A model generated the notes under the pieces. That model saw nothing but the letters and a program-made list of their open reading frames with translations. It had not been told where the DNA came from and searched no databases. Shown in pieces: positions 25,602 through 33,379 of a stretch of 64,000 nucleotides of DNA. The translations under genes were made by a program, and so were the position numbers. Position 1 is the first letter of the stretch; every line of letters begins with the position of its first letter. Origin of the DNA: Anaerolineales bacterium (GTDB lineage Bacteria > Chloroflexota > Anaerolineae > Anaerolineales > UBA11579); NCBI GenBank assembly GCA_019637755.1, contig JAHBVC010000001.1:770480-834479 (forward strand). Direction: 5' to 3'.

Positions 25602-28193
25602 TCAGGGCAAGGCAGCACACTGCAGGCTGGCTGCGCCTGGCGCCAGGATGGCGGGGCGCGCCGCCTGCAAGTAGACCAGGGCGACGACATGCAAATACTC
25701 GCGCTGCTGGCAACCCAGCACGACTACATCGGCGGCATTGGGTAGCGCCCGCACAGGCCCGGGGATGGCCGAGCGCATGTGGCCCACCGGGCCAACCAAC
25801 TCAAACTGCACGCGCAGGAAATCCAGCGCCTCATTTTCGTTTTCGCCGCCAGGGTAGACACGCGGGTATAACGCACGCCCCCAGTAGACTTCGGCGCCTG
25901 GCTGGGCGATGAAAGCGGCCACATCCAGGCCGCTGGCCGCCACCTGCGGCGCCGCCTGGATCTGCTGCAGCGCGCTGGCCTCATCCCAGCCCGCATAGCG
26001 TTGCGGCACGGCCAGCTCAGCCAGTGGAATGAACAAGCCCGCCAGCAAGGCCAGGCCGGCAGCGGCCGCCAGGCCGCGCAAGCCCGGCGTCGCCGGCGTG
26101 GCCGCGGGCTGCGGCGCAGCCACCGGCGGTGAGTAGCCGAACAGATAGCGCGCCGCCCACACGCTGAACTGGCCGATACCCAGACAATAGAAGAGCAAAA
26201 TGACCCAATCGGCGGGCAGGATCAACCGCCAGCCGGAGACGCGCGCCAAGGCCGTGCTGGCACTGTACAGAAGATGCATGCCCACCGGCACCAGGCTAAG
26301 CCAGCCGAGCTTGCGCCAGGCCGCCCCCAAGCCCAGCGCCACCAGGGCCACGTTCAACGCCAGCGGGGCCACCCAGTCCGGCGGGATCTGCCCATCCCAC
26401 CCCTGCGCCGCCTGGCCAGTGACCCAATAGGGCGTGCTGGCAATGTACGCATCCAATGAGCAACACTGCGCCCATAGTTGGGCCTGGCGCTGCGGCCAAT
26501 ACGGCTGCAGGTTATAAAACTCCACCAGGCGCGCGGTTAGATCAAAGCGGGCCGGCAATGCCAGAAACGAGGCCACTTCGTTGTGCAAGAAGTGCGCAGT
26601 GATGAAGCGCGCCACCTCGCCGGGATGCGCCAACACAAATTGGCGCACATTGGCAAAACCCAACGCCACATAGTCGCTGGCGGGCGTGGTGGCGATATCA
26701 AAGCCAGGATCGTTGCTTTCGGGGGCCAGGCTGTATTGGCGCGCCATGTAGAGCGCCTGAAACGGCTGCGAGTAGCCGAACTCGCCGGTGCGCACAGCAT
26801 TGCGCACCATCCAGGGAAGCGCGGTGAGGGCAAAGCCCAGCAGTACCAGGCCTGCCAGCGGCAGCCGCACCCGCCACGGCCCTTTGGCGCGCAGCAGCAC
26901 CAACAGCACCAGGAACGGCAAAAAGATCAGCGTTTGTGAACGCAGCAACAGCAAGAGGCCCAGTGCGGCCCCCACCCACAGGGCACGGCGCGGTTGCTCT
27001 GCGCGGTGCTGCAACCAATCCAGCACCAGCAGGGTGAAGGCGGCCAGCGCCACAGCGGTGGGCAGATCCGTCATCAATAGTTTGGAATGCGAGACCAGAA
27101 TGCGGTTGGAGAGCGCCAGCGTATTCAGCTCGCGCAGGATGATCACCAGGGCCAGCAGCAGGCCGGAGAAACGCTGGTGCAAACGGGCCGCCAGGAAGTA
27201 CAGCACCACCGGAAACAGCGCCAGCAGCCAGATCTGGGCATTGACCACCTGGGCATACTCCTGCCCCACCAGGCTGTGCAGGACGACCAGCAGGAAAGCA
27301 TACAGTGGCTTCTCGATCACATCGGAGAAGCCATTACCAGTGAGAAAGCGCTGGGCGGCAATATCCAGGGTGGCAGCATCTGAATTTGGGTAATACTCCC
27401 AGTTGGGCGCCGCCGGGGCCAGCGAGAAATGGGTGGTGCGTGGTGGCTGGGCACTCCACAATACTGCGGCCAGCAGCCAGATGCCTAGCGCCGCCAGCAG
27501 GTCTACGCGGGTGGGCCGCCAGTTCAAACGGCGCGCCGCCCAGCCCATCAAGCTGGCGATCAGCCACGCCGCGCACCAGGCCAGCAACACCTGCGTGTTC
27601 AAGACCGGCGCACCGGGCGTATCCCAGCCGGTGCGATCGGGCTGCAGGCCCAGGCCGCTGAGCACTACTGCGCCCACCGCCAGCAGCAAGACCAGCCCCG
27701 CCAGCGCGGCCGGGCGCAGCACGCCGCGCGCCTGCGCCCCGGTGCTGGCGGGGCGCAGGCGCGGCCAGCACAGCAGGGCCGCGGCGCAAGCCCAACATGC
27801 CCAGACACTCAACGGCAGCAGGCGCAGCAAGCGCGCTTGCGCAAAAGCATCGCTAATGCGCAAGCTGAATAACACCAAATACAATGCGAGAACAAAGCCC
27901 AGCGCGGCCAGCCCGATCCAGGCGTTATGCCACGCCGGCCGGGCCAGCATCCAGGCCGCCGCGCGCGCCAGCCAGGCTTCGCGGCGCGCCAGCCAGGCAG
28001 CGCCGGCCGCCAGGCCCAGCAGCGCCAGCAGCAAGGCCCAGCGCGCTGGAGAAAGCCCCAGCACAGCCGTGCTGGCCTGGCTGGGTTGCGAGAACACCAA
28101 GCCGGCGGCCGCAACCGCGCCCAGGGCACTGAGCAGCAGCCAGCGGGCCAACCAGCGAGTGGGAGATGTATTCATATCCTCTGTTTTTAACAT
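25602..28193 (-). CDS. Large polytopic GT-C-fold glycosyltransferase-like membrane protein (PMT_2/ArnT-like core with long N-terminal membrane extension and C-terminal soluble domain)
   Basis: About 860 aa with many TM helices. YYPNSDAATLDIAAQRFLTGNGFSDVIEKPLYAFLLVVLHSLVG resembles the first-loop Asp motif region of ArnT/PMT-type GT-C enzymes. The start could be 28202 (TTG), 28193 (ATG) or 28175 (ATG). Confidence 0.6.
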   Translation of the reverse strand: MLKTEDMNTSPTRWLARWLLLSALGAVAAAGLVFSQPSQASTAVLGLSPARWALLLALLGLAAGAAWLARREAWLARAAAWMLARPAWHNAWIGLAALGFVLALYLVLFSLRISDAFAQARLLRLLPLSVWACWACAAALLCWPRLRPASTGAQARGVLRPAALAGLVLLLAVGAVVLSGLGLQPDRTGWDTPGAPVLNTQVLLAWCAAWLIASLMGWAARRLNWRPTRVDLLAALGIWLLAAVLWSAQPPRTTHFSLAPAAPNWEYYPNSDAATLDIAAQRFLTGNGFSDVIEKPLYAFLLVVLHSLVGQEYAQVVNAQIWLLALFPVVLYFLAARLHQRFSGLLLALVIILRELNTLALSNRILVSHSKLLMTDLPTAVALAAFTLLVLDWLQHRAEQPRRALWVGAALGLLLLLRSQTLIFLPFLVLLVLLRAKGPWRVRLPLAGLVLLGFALTALPWMVRNAVRTGEFGYSQPFQALYMARQYSLAPESNDPGFDIATTPASDYVALGFANVRQFVLAHPGEVARFITAHFLHNEVASFLALPARFDLTARLVEFYNLQPYWPQRQAQLWAQCCSLDAYIASTPYWVTGQAAQGWDGQIPPDWVAPLALNVALVALGLGAAWRKLGWLSLVPVGMHLLYSASTALARVSGWRLILPADWVILLFYCLGIGQFSVWAARYLFGYSPPVAAPQPAATPATPGLRGLAAAAGLALLAGLFIPLAELAVPQRYAGWDEASALQQIQAAPQVAASGLDVAAFIAQPGAEVYWGRALYPRVYPGGENENEALDFLRVQFELVGPVGHMRSAIPGPVRALPNAADVVVLGCQQREYLHVVALVYLQAARPAILAPGAASLQCAALP

Positions 28194-28200
28194 AGTTGGC

Positions 28201-28230
28201 AAAACAAAAGGGCTGGGATTTGCCCAGCCC
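28201..28230 (-). terminator. Rho-independent terminator after the LysM gene, abutting the GT-C gene start
   Basis: The - strand reads gggctgggcaaatcccagccc followed by ttttgtttt (complement of 28201-28230). Confidence 0.65.
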
Positions 28231-28256
28231 TCTGGAAGGCCGCAAGGGTATGCAGG

Positions 28257-28940
28257 CTAGGGAATGTGTAGCTGCGTGCCACCAGGAATGTTCTGGTCAA
28301 GGCTGAGGCCATTGGCTTCGGCAATGTGCTCCGGCCATACATCGCCGAAAGCGCAGGCAATACTATAGAAGCTATCCGCGCCGCTGGCCACGTAGGTGGT
28401 GGGGTGCGCACGCAGAGCACGCTCGCCACCATAGCCACCCACCCCACTGGGAATGCTGATGGTGGTGCCAACGCTGAGGCTGTTGGCGTTGTTGGCGTTC
28501 AGCCCATTGGCGGAGAGCAAAGCATCCGGATTGATGTCAAAACGGCGCGCCAGGCAATACGGCCATTCCCCTTCGTGCAGCGTGTAGCTACTCGGCACGG
28601 CCAGCTGGGTGATCGGGGCCGGCGTGGTGGTGGCCGTGGCTTCGGGGGTAGCGCTGGGCGCCACGGTGGCGGTGTTGCCGAACAGCGGGGTGGCGCTTAC
28701 GTCCAGCGTGGGCTGCACACCGGTTTTATCCTGGCCGGCCAGGGCGGTTTGGGTGGCCATCGTGTTGAAGATCGACACCAGTGGGTCCTCGGTAGCGACC
28801 GTCACCGGATCGGTGGAAGCAGAGCGCGTGCAGGCCGCCAGCAACAGCGCCAACAGCACGAAGATCAGCAGGGACAAGCGGTTTTTTCTCATGGGTTTGC
28901 GAACATCCATTCCAGTCGATTCGGATACTAGCATAGCCAA
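28257..28940 (-). CDS. Secreted lipoprotein with two LysM domains
   Basis: Lipobox LLLAACTRS. The two LysM-like modules are YTLHEGEWPYCLARRFDINPDALLSANGL and YVASGADSFYSIACAFGDVWPEHIAEANGLSLDQNIPGGTQLHIP. Confidence 0.8.
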   Translation of the reverse strand: MAMLVSESTGMDVRKPMRKNRLSLLIFVLLALLLAACTRSASTDPVTVATEDPLVSIFNTMATQTALAGQDKTGVQPTLDVSATPLFGNTATVAPSATPEATATTTPAPITQLAVPSSYTLHEGEWPYCLARRFDINPDALLSANGLNANNANSLSVGTTISIPSGVGGYGGERALRAHPTTYVASGADSFYSIACAFGDVWPEHIAEANGLSLDQNIPGGTQLHIP

Positions 28941-28983
28941 GAATCAGCGTCAAGCGCAGCCGCCAGCCAATGTGCGGCTGCGC

Positions 28984-29018
28984 AAAGCAAAACAGCCCGC
29001 CGCTTGCGCGGCGGGCTG
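28984..29018 (-). terminator. Rho-independent terminator after the siderophore-type binding protein gene
   Basis: Perfect 11-bp stem cagcccgccgc/gcggcgggctg (28993-29018), followed on the - strand by ttttgcttt. A second perfect 10-bp inverted repeat, gcgcagccgc/gcggctgcgc, lies at 28952-28983. Confidence 0.7.
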
Positions 29019-29038
29019 TGGGGGGCAAAACACAGGCC

Positions 29039-30088
29039 CTAGGGGGTCTGCAGGGTTTGGTTCAACTGCGCAAAATCGGGGCTGAGCTGCTCAATGGCAA
29101 AGGGGATGCTGAGCACCGTGGAGAAATTGAGTGCATCGTAGATCGGGCTGGTGTTGGAAAGGTAGACCACGCGGCCATCCTTCACAATGTCCAGATTGGC
29201 GTAGAGCGGGTTATTGCGCATTTCCTCAGGCAGCGAATCGATCCAGATCAGGAAATCGATGTCAATGATGTCGAAGCGCTCCAGCGAGATCGAGGCGCCA
29301 AACTCCTCACCGGCCAACTCATCGATCACGGGGGGATAGCTGAAGCCCAGCGAGGTCATAAAGCGGCCGCGCGAGTCTTGTGAGCCATAGACGTAGTAGC
29401 TGGTGGGGTAGCCCCACGGCGTGGCGACCACCGCCTCGGCACCCTGAATGTTGGGGAACTGGGCACGCGCTTCGGCGAAAGCGCTTTCAACGCCGGCAAT
29501 CAGGTTTTCCGCCTCAGCGGCCTTGCCGACGATCTGACCCATCGTGCGGGTCACTTCCTGCCAGGGCACGCCCCAATCGACATACTCGGCGGGTTGCGCC
29601 ACGGTGGGGGCGATTTGGCTCAGGGTGGTGTACTCCTCCTGGGTGATCCCGGCATACAGGCCCACGATCACGTCCGGCTCCAGCGCGGCGATCTCCTCAA
29701 AGTTGAGTTGACCGCTGCTCAAGACTACTGGGGTTGCGCCGTCCAGCGCGGCCAGCTCGTCCTGCGCCCATTCAAAAATGGCGCCGGGGCGTTCGCCATA
29801 CCACTCCCGCGTGGCCACCGGCACTACGCCGAGGGCCAGCAGGGCATCCTGCTCATTAAGGCCAACGAGCACAATGCGCTCGGGCGCGGCTTCAATGGTG
29901 GTGCTGCCATACTTGTGCTCGATGGAGACGGGGAATGCGGCCTCAGCGGTGGGCGCCTCGGTGGCGGCTTCCTCAACCGCGGCCTCAGTGACCGGCGCGG
30001 GGGTTGCAGCTGGCGCCGGTGCGCCGCAGGCAGCGGCCAACAACGCCAGGATGAAGAGTAATGAAACTACGAAACTGCGTTTGAACAT
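29039..30088 (-). CDS. ABC substrate-binding lipoprotein, iron-siderophore/cobalamin (FecB/FhuD/BtuF, cluster A-2) type; orphan
   Basis: Lipobox LALLAAACGA. ERIVLVGLNEQDALLALGVVPVATREWYG is the typical 'PERIV..L.lg..P' motif. There is no cognate permease or ATPase nearby. Confidence 0.78.
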   Translation of the reverse strand: MFKRSFVVSLLFILALLAAACGAPAPAATPAPVTEAAVEEAATEAPTAEAAFPVSIEHKYGSTTIEAAPERIVLVGLNEQDALLALGVVPVATREWYGERPGAIFEWAQDELAALDGATPVVLSSGQLNFEEIAALEPDVIVGLYAGITQEEYTTLSQIAPTVAQPAEYVDWGVPWQEVTRTMGQIVGKAAEAENLIAGVESAFAEARAQFPNIQGAEAVVATPWGYPTSYYVYGSQDSRGRFMTSLGFSYPPVIDELAGEEFGASISLERFDIIDIDFLIWIDSLPEEMRNNPLYANLDIVKDGRVVYLSNTSPIYDALNFSTVLSIPFAIEQLSPDFAQLNQTLQTP

Positions 30089-30234
30089 GTACTGCTCCTA
30101 TAGAGTGCAAAGATGGAAGCAGTATCCGATACAGCCGCCCGCAATTCTAGGTATGCGGGTTATTGCAAAGTTGCTGAGGCGGCAATGGTATGTTCAAGCC
30201 GCAGTGGGCAAATTGTTCCGCCTGGGTGGAGATT

Positions 30235-31227
30235 TCAAGCCAGTAGCGGCTCCAGAGTGCTAAAGTCAAACTCAATATATGGCTCACCCGCCTCAATGCG
30301 CTCCCTGCGGCCGCGCATGAAGTTAGCAATCCAGCCGTCTCCGATGTTGTCTATATCAAAATCCCGATGAATGACGGCAAAGAGTTCGATTTCGCGAATC
30401 TTCATGAAGTGCGGAATCTCGCGCAGCCATTGCGGCGCCAGGGGCATTTCCTGCGCGTAGCCGCGCAGGAAGTGCGGCATGAATTGCGCCGTGAAGGCGG
30501 CTTTGCCCTGCTCCGTGCTGGCGATGTAAAACAGCACCATGGCGATGTCATTCACCAGCCAGTTGTAGCCACAATCATCAAAATCAAACAAGGTAATACG
30601 CCCTGAATCATCCACAAACAGGTTGCCGCCATGCGCATCCTGATGGGTGAGGCCATACGACTGGCTGTCCTTGGGCAGTGTGCGCACATAATCACACACG
30701 TCTCGATAAGCCTGCTTTATGGCCGTCTCGTTATCGGGCAGGAAGCTGTTGACGAACTCAAAGACTGGGTCATCCCACTCCGGGCGTTTGCGTTCACCAG
30801 CGTACTGGGTTGTGAGCGCATGCATGCGGCCAATCGTCTCGCCATAGGTTTCGTACAGGGCGGGCGTCCAGCGGCCGCGTGGTGGGCCGCCGGCTGCTTT
30901 GACGAAGGCCACGGCGAGAAAATCGCCGCCGTGCCCATCCGGGATAGGCTCCACCAGCTTGTTGTTGAGCGACTGGATGGCCTGCGCCGCCGATACGCCA
31001 CCGGCCACCAGGTAGTTAATCCATTCGGTCTCGCCTTCAATCAGGGTCTGGTTGCGGCGGTGGCTGTGACCAATGCGCAGGATGTATTCTTTGCCATCCC
31101 GCGCAAACTCAAAGATAAAGCTTTCAAAACTATCCAGCACTTTGACATCGCCTGCTTCAACACCGTAGCGTTGGGCCGCCTCTTGCAAAATAGTGTCGTT
31201 AAAGCGGTCTTTGATGAACTGTTCCAT
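30235..31227 (-). CDS. Phosphotransferase of the APH/choline-kinase/homoserine kinase II fold
   Basis: The catalytic loop and DFD motif are LTHQDAHGGNLFVDDSGRITLFDFDDCGYNWLVNDIAM. Confidence 0.8.
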   Translation of the reverse strand: MEQFIKDRFNDTILQEAAQRYGVEAGDVKVLDSFESFIFEFARDGKEYILRIGHSHRRNQTLIEGETEWINYLVAGGVSAAQAIQSLNNKLVEPIPDGHGGDFLAVAFVKAAGGPPRGRWTPALYETYGETIGRMHALTTQYAGERKRPEWDDPVFEFVNSFLPDNETAIKQAYRDVCDYVRTLPKDSQSYGLTHQDAHGGNLFVDDSGRITLFDFDDCGYNWLVNDIAMVLFYIASTEQGKAAFTAQFMPHFLRGYAQEMPLAPQWLREIPHFMKIREIELFAVIHRDFDIDNIGDGWIANFMRGRRERIEAGEPYIEFDFSTLEPLLA

Positions 31228-31233
31228 GGAGAC

Positions 31234-31917
31234 CTACTCCTGCGGCACCGCCGCGGCCGCGGCTTCAAGCTCGGCGGCGAAGGGTTGCAACGCTTCGGGC
31301 AACGATGCGTCAGCTTGGGCTGGCTCATCAAAGGCCTTGCCCTGCGCCAACTGCAGCGTAAGCTGGACCAGCGCCGGATAACGAGCCGTGTTCATGCGAA
31401 TGAGGCTGCTATGCACGCCATGCAGCGCGGTGGGCATGTAGAGAAAGAGCAGGTTGGACACTGCCCACCAGAAGGGGTCGCCAAACGCCTGGTAGGCAAT
31501 GCCATCACGGCGGCCCAGACGCATTTCAAGCGACGAGTCATCCGAAGGGTCATCGGCCAGATACACCACCTTGCCAATATCAGTGAAAGCAATGGCGGCA
31601 GCGCACATGGCGCAGGGGTTTTGGGTGGCCCATAGAGTGAGTGCGTTATGTTCGGTCTCGGTGGTGAGCAGCGCCAGCGCGTTCATCTCGGCGTGCGCCA
31701 AGCGGTTGTGCTGCAAGGGATACTGCTGACGCGTGGCCAGCTCGCCGGGGGCATCATAGCTATAGTTGCGCCCGCGGGCGACCACCTCGCCGGCGGCAGT
31801 GGTGATGGCAGCGCCACACGGCAGGCCGCCGGCAGCCAGGCCGAGCCATTGCTCGTGCAGGGCGGCCTGGGCGCCTGGCGGCAAAGCCGCCCAGCGTTCA
31901 GTGATGGAAATTGCCAT
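31234..31917 (-). CDS. CMP/dCMP-type zinc deaminase domain protein with an uncharacterised C-terminal half
   Basis: The zinc ligand motifs are HAEMNAL and PCAMCAAAI. The stop is 6 nt before the kinase start. Confidence 0.72.
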   Translation of the reverse strand: MAISITERWAALPPGAQAALHEQWLGLAAGGLPCGAAITTAAGEVVARGRNYSYDAPGELATRQQYPLQHNRLAHAEMNALALLTTETEHNALTLWATQNPCAMCAAAIAFTDIGKVVYLADDPSDDSSLEMRLGRRDGIAYQAFGDPFWWAVSNLLFLYMPTALHGVHSSLIRMNTARYPALVQLTLQLAQGKAFDEPAQADASLPEALQPFAAELEAAAAAVPQE

Positions 31918-31989
31918 AGGTAGACGAGATTATATGGGCAAAACAAAAGACCGCCCTTGCTGGGCGGTCTTTGAGTGTGCTGTAGTGAA

Positions 31990-32388
31990 TTAGGCTACGG
32001 CCGGGCGGAACTTGTAACCGTAGATGAGCATACCGCGCTCATCGGTGGCGGAACGCAGCAGACGAGTGACCATCTCCACCGGCATGCCGATGGCAGGCGG
32101 CTGTTCGCCAAGGTCGGTCAATTGGGCGGTGACCAAGGGGCCTTCCTCGAGCTTGACCATGGCCAGGGTATACGGCGCCTGCTCGGCGTAGCCTTCGGGC
32201 GCGTCGTAGACGGTGGTGTAGGAGTAAACCTCACCCTTGCCGCTGAACTGGAAGAGGGTCTTGGCTTCCTCGCCGCATTCGGGGCAGATGTCACGCGGCG
32301 GGAACAGCTTGGCATCGCAGTGCGTACAGACCTCACCAGTGAGGGCGTAGCGTTGTTTCTTGAGTCTCCAATGGCGCGGGATATCCAT
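31990..32388 (-). CDS. DUF35 Zn-ribbon/OB-fold protein (thiolase-HMG-CoA synthase scaffold type)
   Basis: 132 aa. The zinc ribbon is CTHCDAKLFPPRDICPECGEE, followed by an OB-like region (YSYTTVYDAPEGY..YTLAMVKLEEGPLVTAQL). Confidence 0.85.
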   Translation of the reverse strand: MDIPRHWRLKKQRYALTGEVCTHCDAKLFPPRDICPECGEEAKTLFQFSGKGEVYSYTTVYDAPEGYAEQAPYTLAMVKLEEGPLVTAQLTDLGEQPPAIGMPVEMVTRLLRSATDERGMLIYGYKFRPAVA

Positions 32389-32491
32389 CTTTTAGTCTCC
32401 TGTTGAGCTTAATGTAGCCGCACAAGACTCTCAGAACCTATCAAATTGCCTGCGCCGCCAGCGGGCTACAATCCCCTATAATCGGGCCGTT

Positions 32492-33238
32492 ATGATCGTA
32501 AGCAAAGATAGCGAACTGCAAGGGCTGCGCGCCATCGGCAAGATCTGCGCCGCTACCCTGCAACACATGCTGGCGGCGGCCGAGCCGGGCATGACCACGC
32601 TGGAGCTGGATACGCTGGGCCGCGAATACCTGGAGCGCCAGGGTGCGCACTCGGCGCCGCAGGCGATGTACCAGTTCCCCGGGGCGACCTGTATCAGCGT
32701 TTCGCCAGTGATCGCCCACGGCATCCCCGGCGGGCACGTGTTGGCGGCGGGTGATCTGATCCATATTGATGTCTCAGCCGAAAAAGGTGGCTTCTACGCC
32801 GATACGGGTGCCTCACTCGCCATTGGCAAAGCCAGCCCTGAGGTGAGCGCTCTGCTGAAAGCTACGCAGGCCACGCTCAAAAAGACGCTGCTCGCCGCCA
32901 AGGCTGGCAATCGTCTCAATGAGCTCGGGCGCAGCATGCAGAGCGAGGCGCAGCGGCACGGGTTTAATACGATCGTTGAGTTGGCCAGCCACGGCATTGG
33001 CCGCAAACTGCACGAAGAGCCCACCGATGTGATCAATGTCTACAATCCCAACGATGCCCGCCGCATACAAGAGGGGCTGGTGCTGGCACTGGAGCCGTTC
33101 CTGACGCCGGGCAGCGGGCGCATCGCCGAGGAGCGCGATGGCTGGTCTTTGCGCACGCGTGATCGTGCCATCGCGGCCCAGTTTGAGCACACCATCGTGG
33201 TCACCAAGGGCAAGCCCATCATCCTGACCCAAGCCTGA
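32492..33238 (+). CDS. map: type I methionine aminopeptidase
   Basis: ICAATLQHML..GMTTLELD..FPGATCISVSPVIAHGIPG..GDLIHIDVSAEKGGFYADTG..HGIGRKLHEEP..LALEP..EHTIVVT carries the pita-bread metal ligands. Confidence 0.92.
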   Translation: MIVSKDSELQGLRAIGKICAATLQHMLAAAEPGMTTLELDTLGREYLERQGAHSAPQAMYQFPGATCISVSPVIAHGIPGGHVLAAGDLIHIDVSAEKGGFYADTGASLAIGKASPEVSALLKATQATLKKTLLAAKAGNRLNELGRSMQSEAQRHGFNTIVELASHGIGRKLHEEPTDVINVYNPNDARRIQEGLVLALEPFLTPGSGRIAEERDGWSLRTRDRAIAAQFEHTIVVTKGKPIILTQA

Positions 33239-33240
33239 GT

Positions 33241-33274
33241 AAAAAAGCCCGCTGCTATGCAGCGGGCTTTTTGT
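33241..33274 (+). terminator. Rho-independent terminator after map
   Basis: aaaaaagcccgctgc-tat-gcagcgggct followed by tttttg. Confidence 0.8.
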
Positions 33275-33325
33275 TGGGCGGATCTAAACCCCGATCCAAC
33301 TGAGCAATAATAAAGATGCTTGAGA

Positions 33326-33369
33326 ATTGCTTCGTCGGCGCTGCTACGCAGCGCACTCCTCGCAATGAC
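33326..33369. repeat. Second copy of the REP-like 'gtcattgcgag...gaagcaat' element with a perfect internal hairpin
   Basis: The reverse complement reads gtcattgcgaggagtGCGCTGCgtaGCAGCGCcgacgaagcaat. The inner 7-bp stem is at 33338-33354. It sits between the map terminator and the thiolase stop. Confidence 0.55.
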
Positions 33370-33379
33370 TCACCGCGCA

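Noticed and set aside
20197-28202. Whether the glycosylation-like operon is a horizontally acquired island or mobile element.
   Set aside because: No integrase, transposase, tRNA gene or flanking direct repeats are present, and by eye the GC content and codon style match the surrounding housekeeping genes.
30089-30234. Possible cobalamin riboswitch upstream of the BtuF/FecB-like binding protein gene.
   Set aside because: Only vague resemblance was found (gcccactg, cagcaacttt). The region is too short (~146 nt) and lacks a recognisable B12 box, so I cannot support it without a covariance-model scan.
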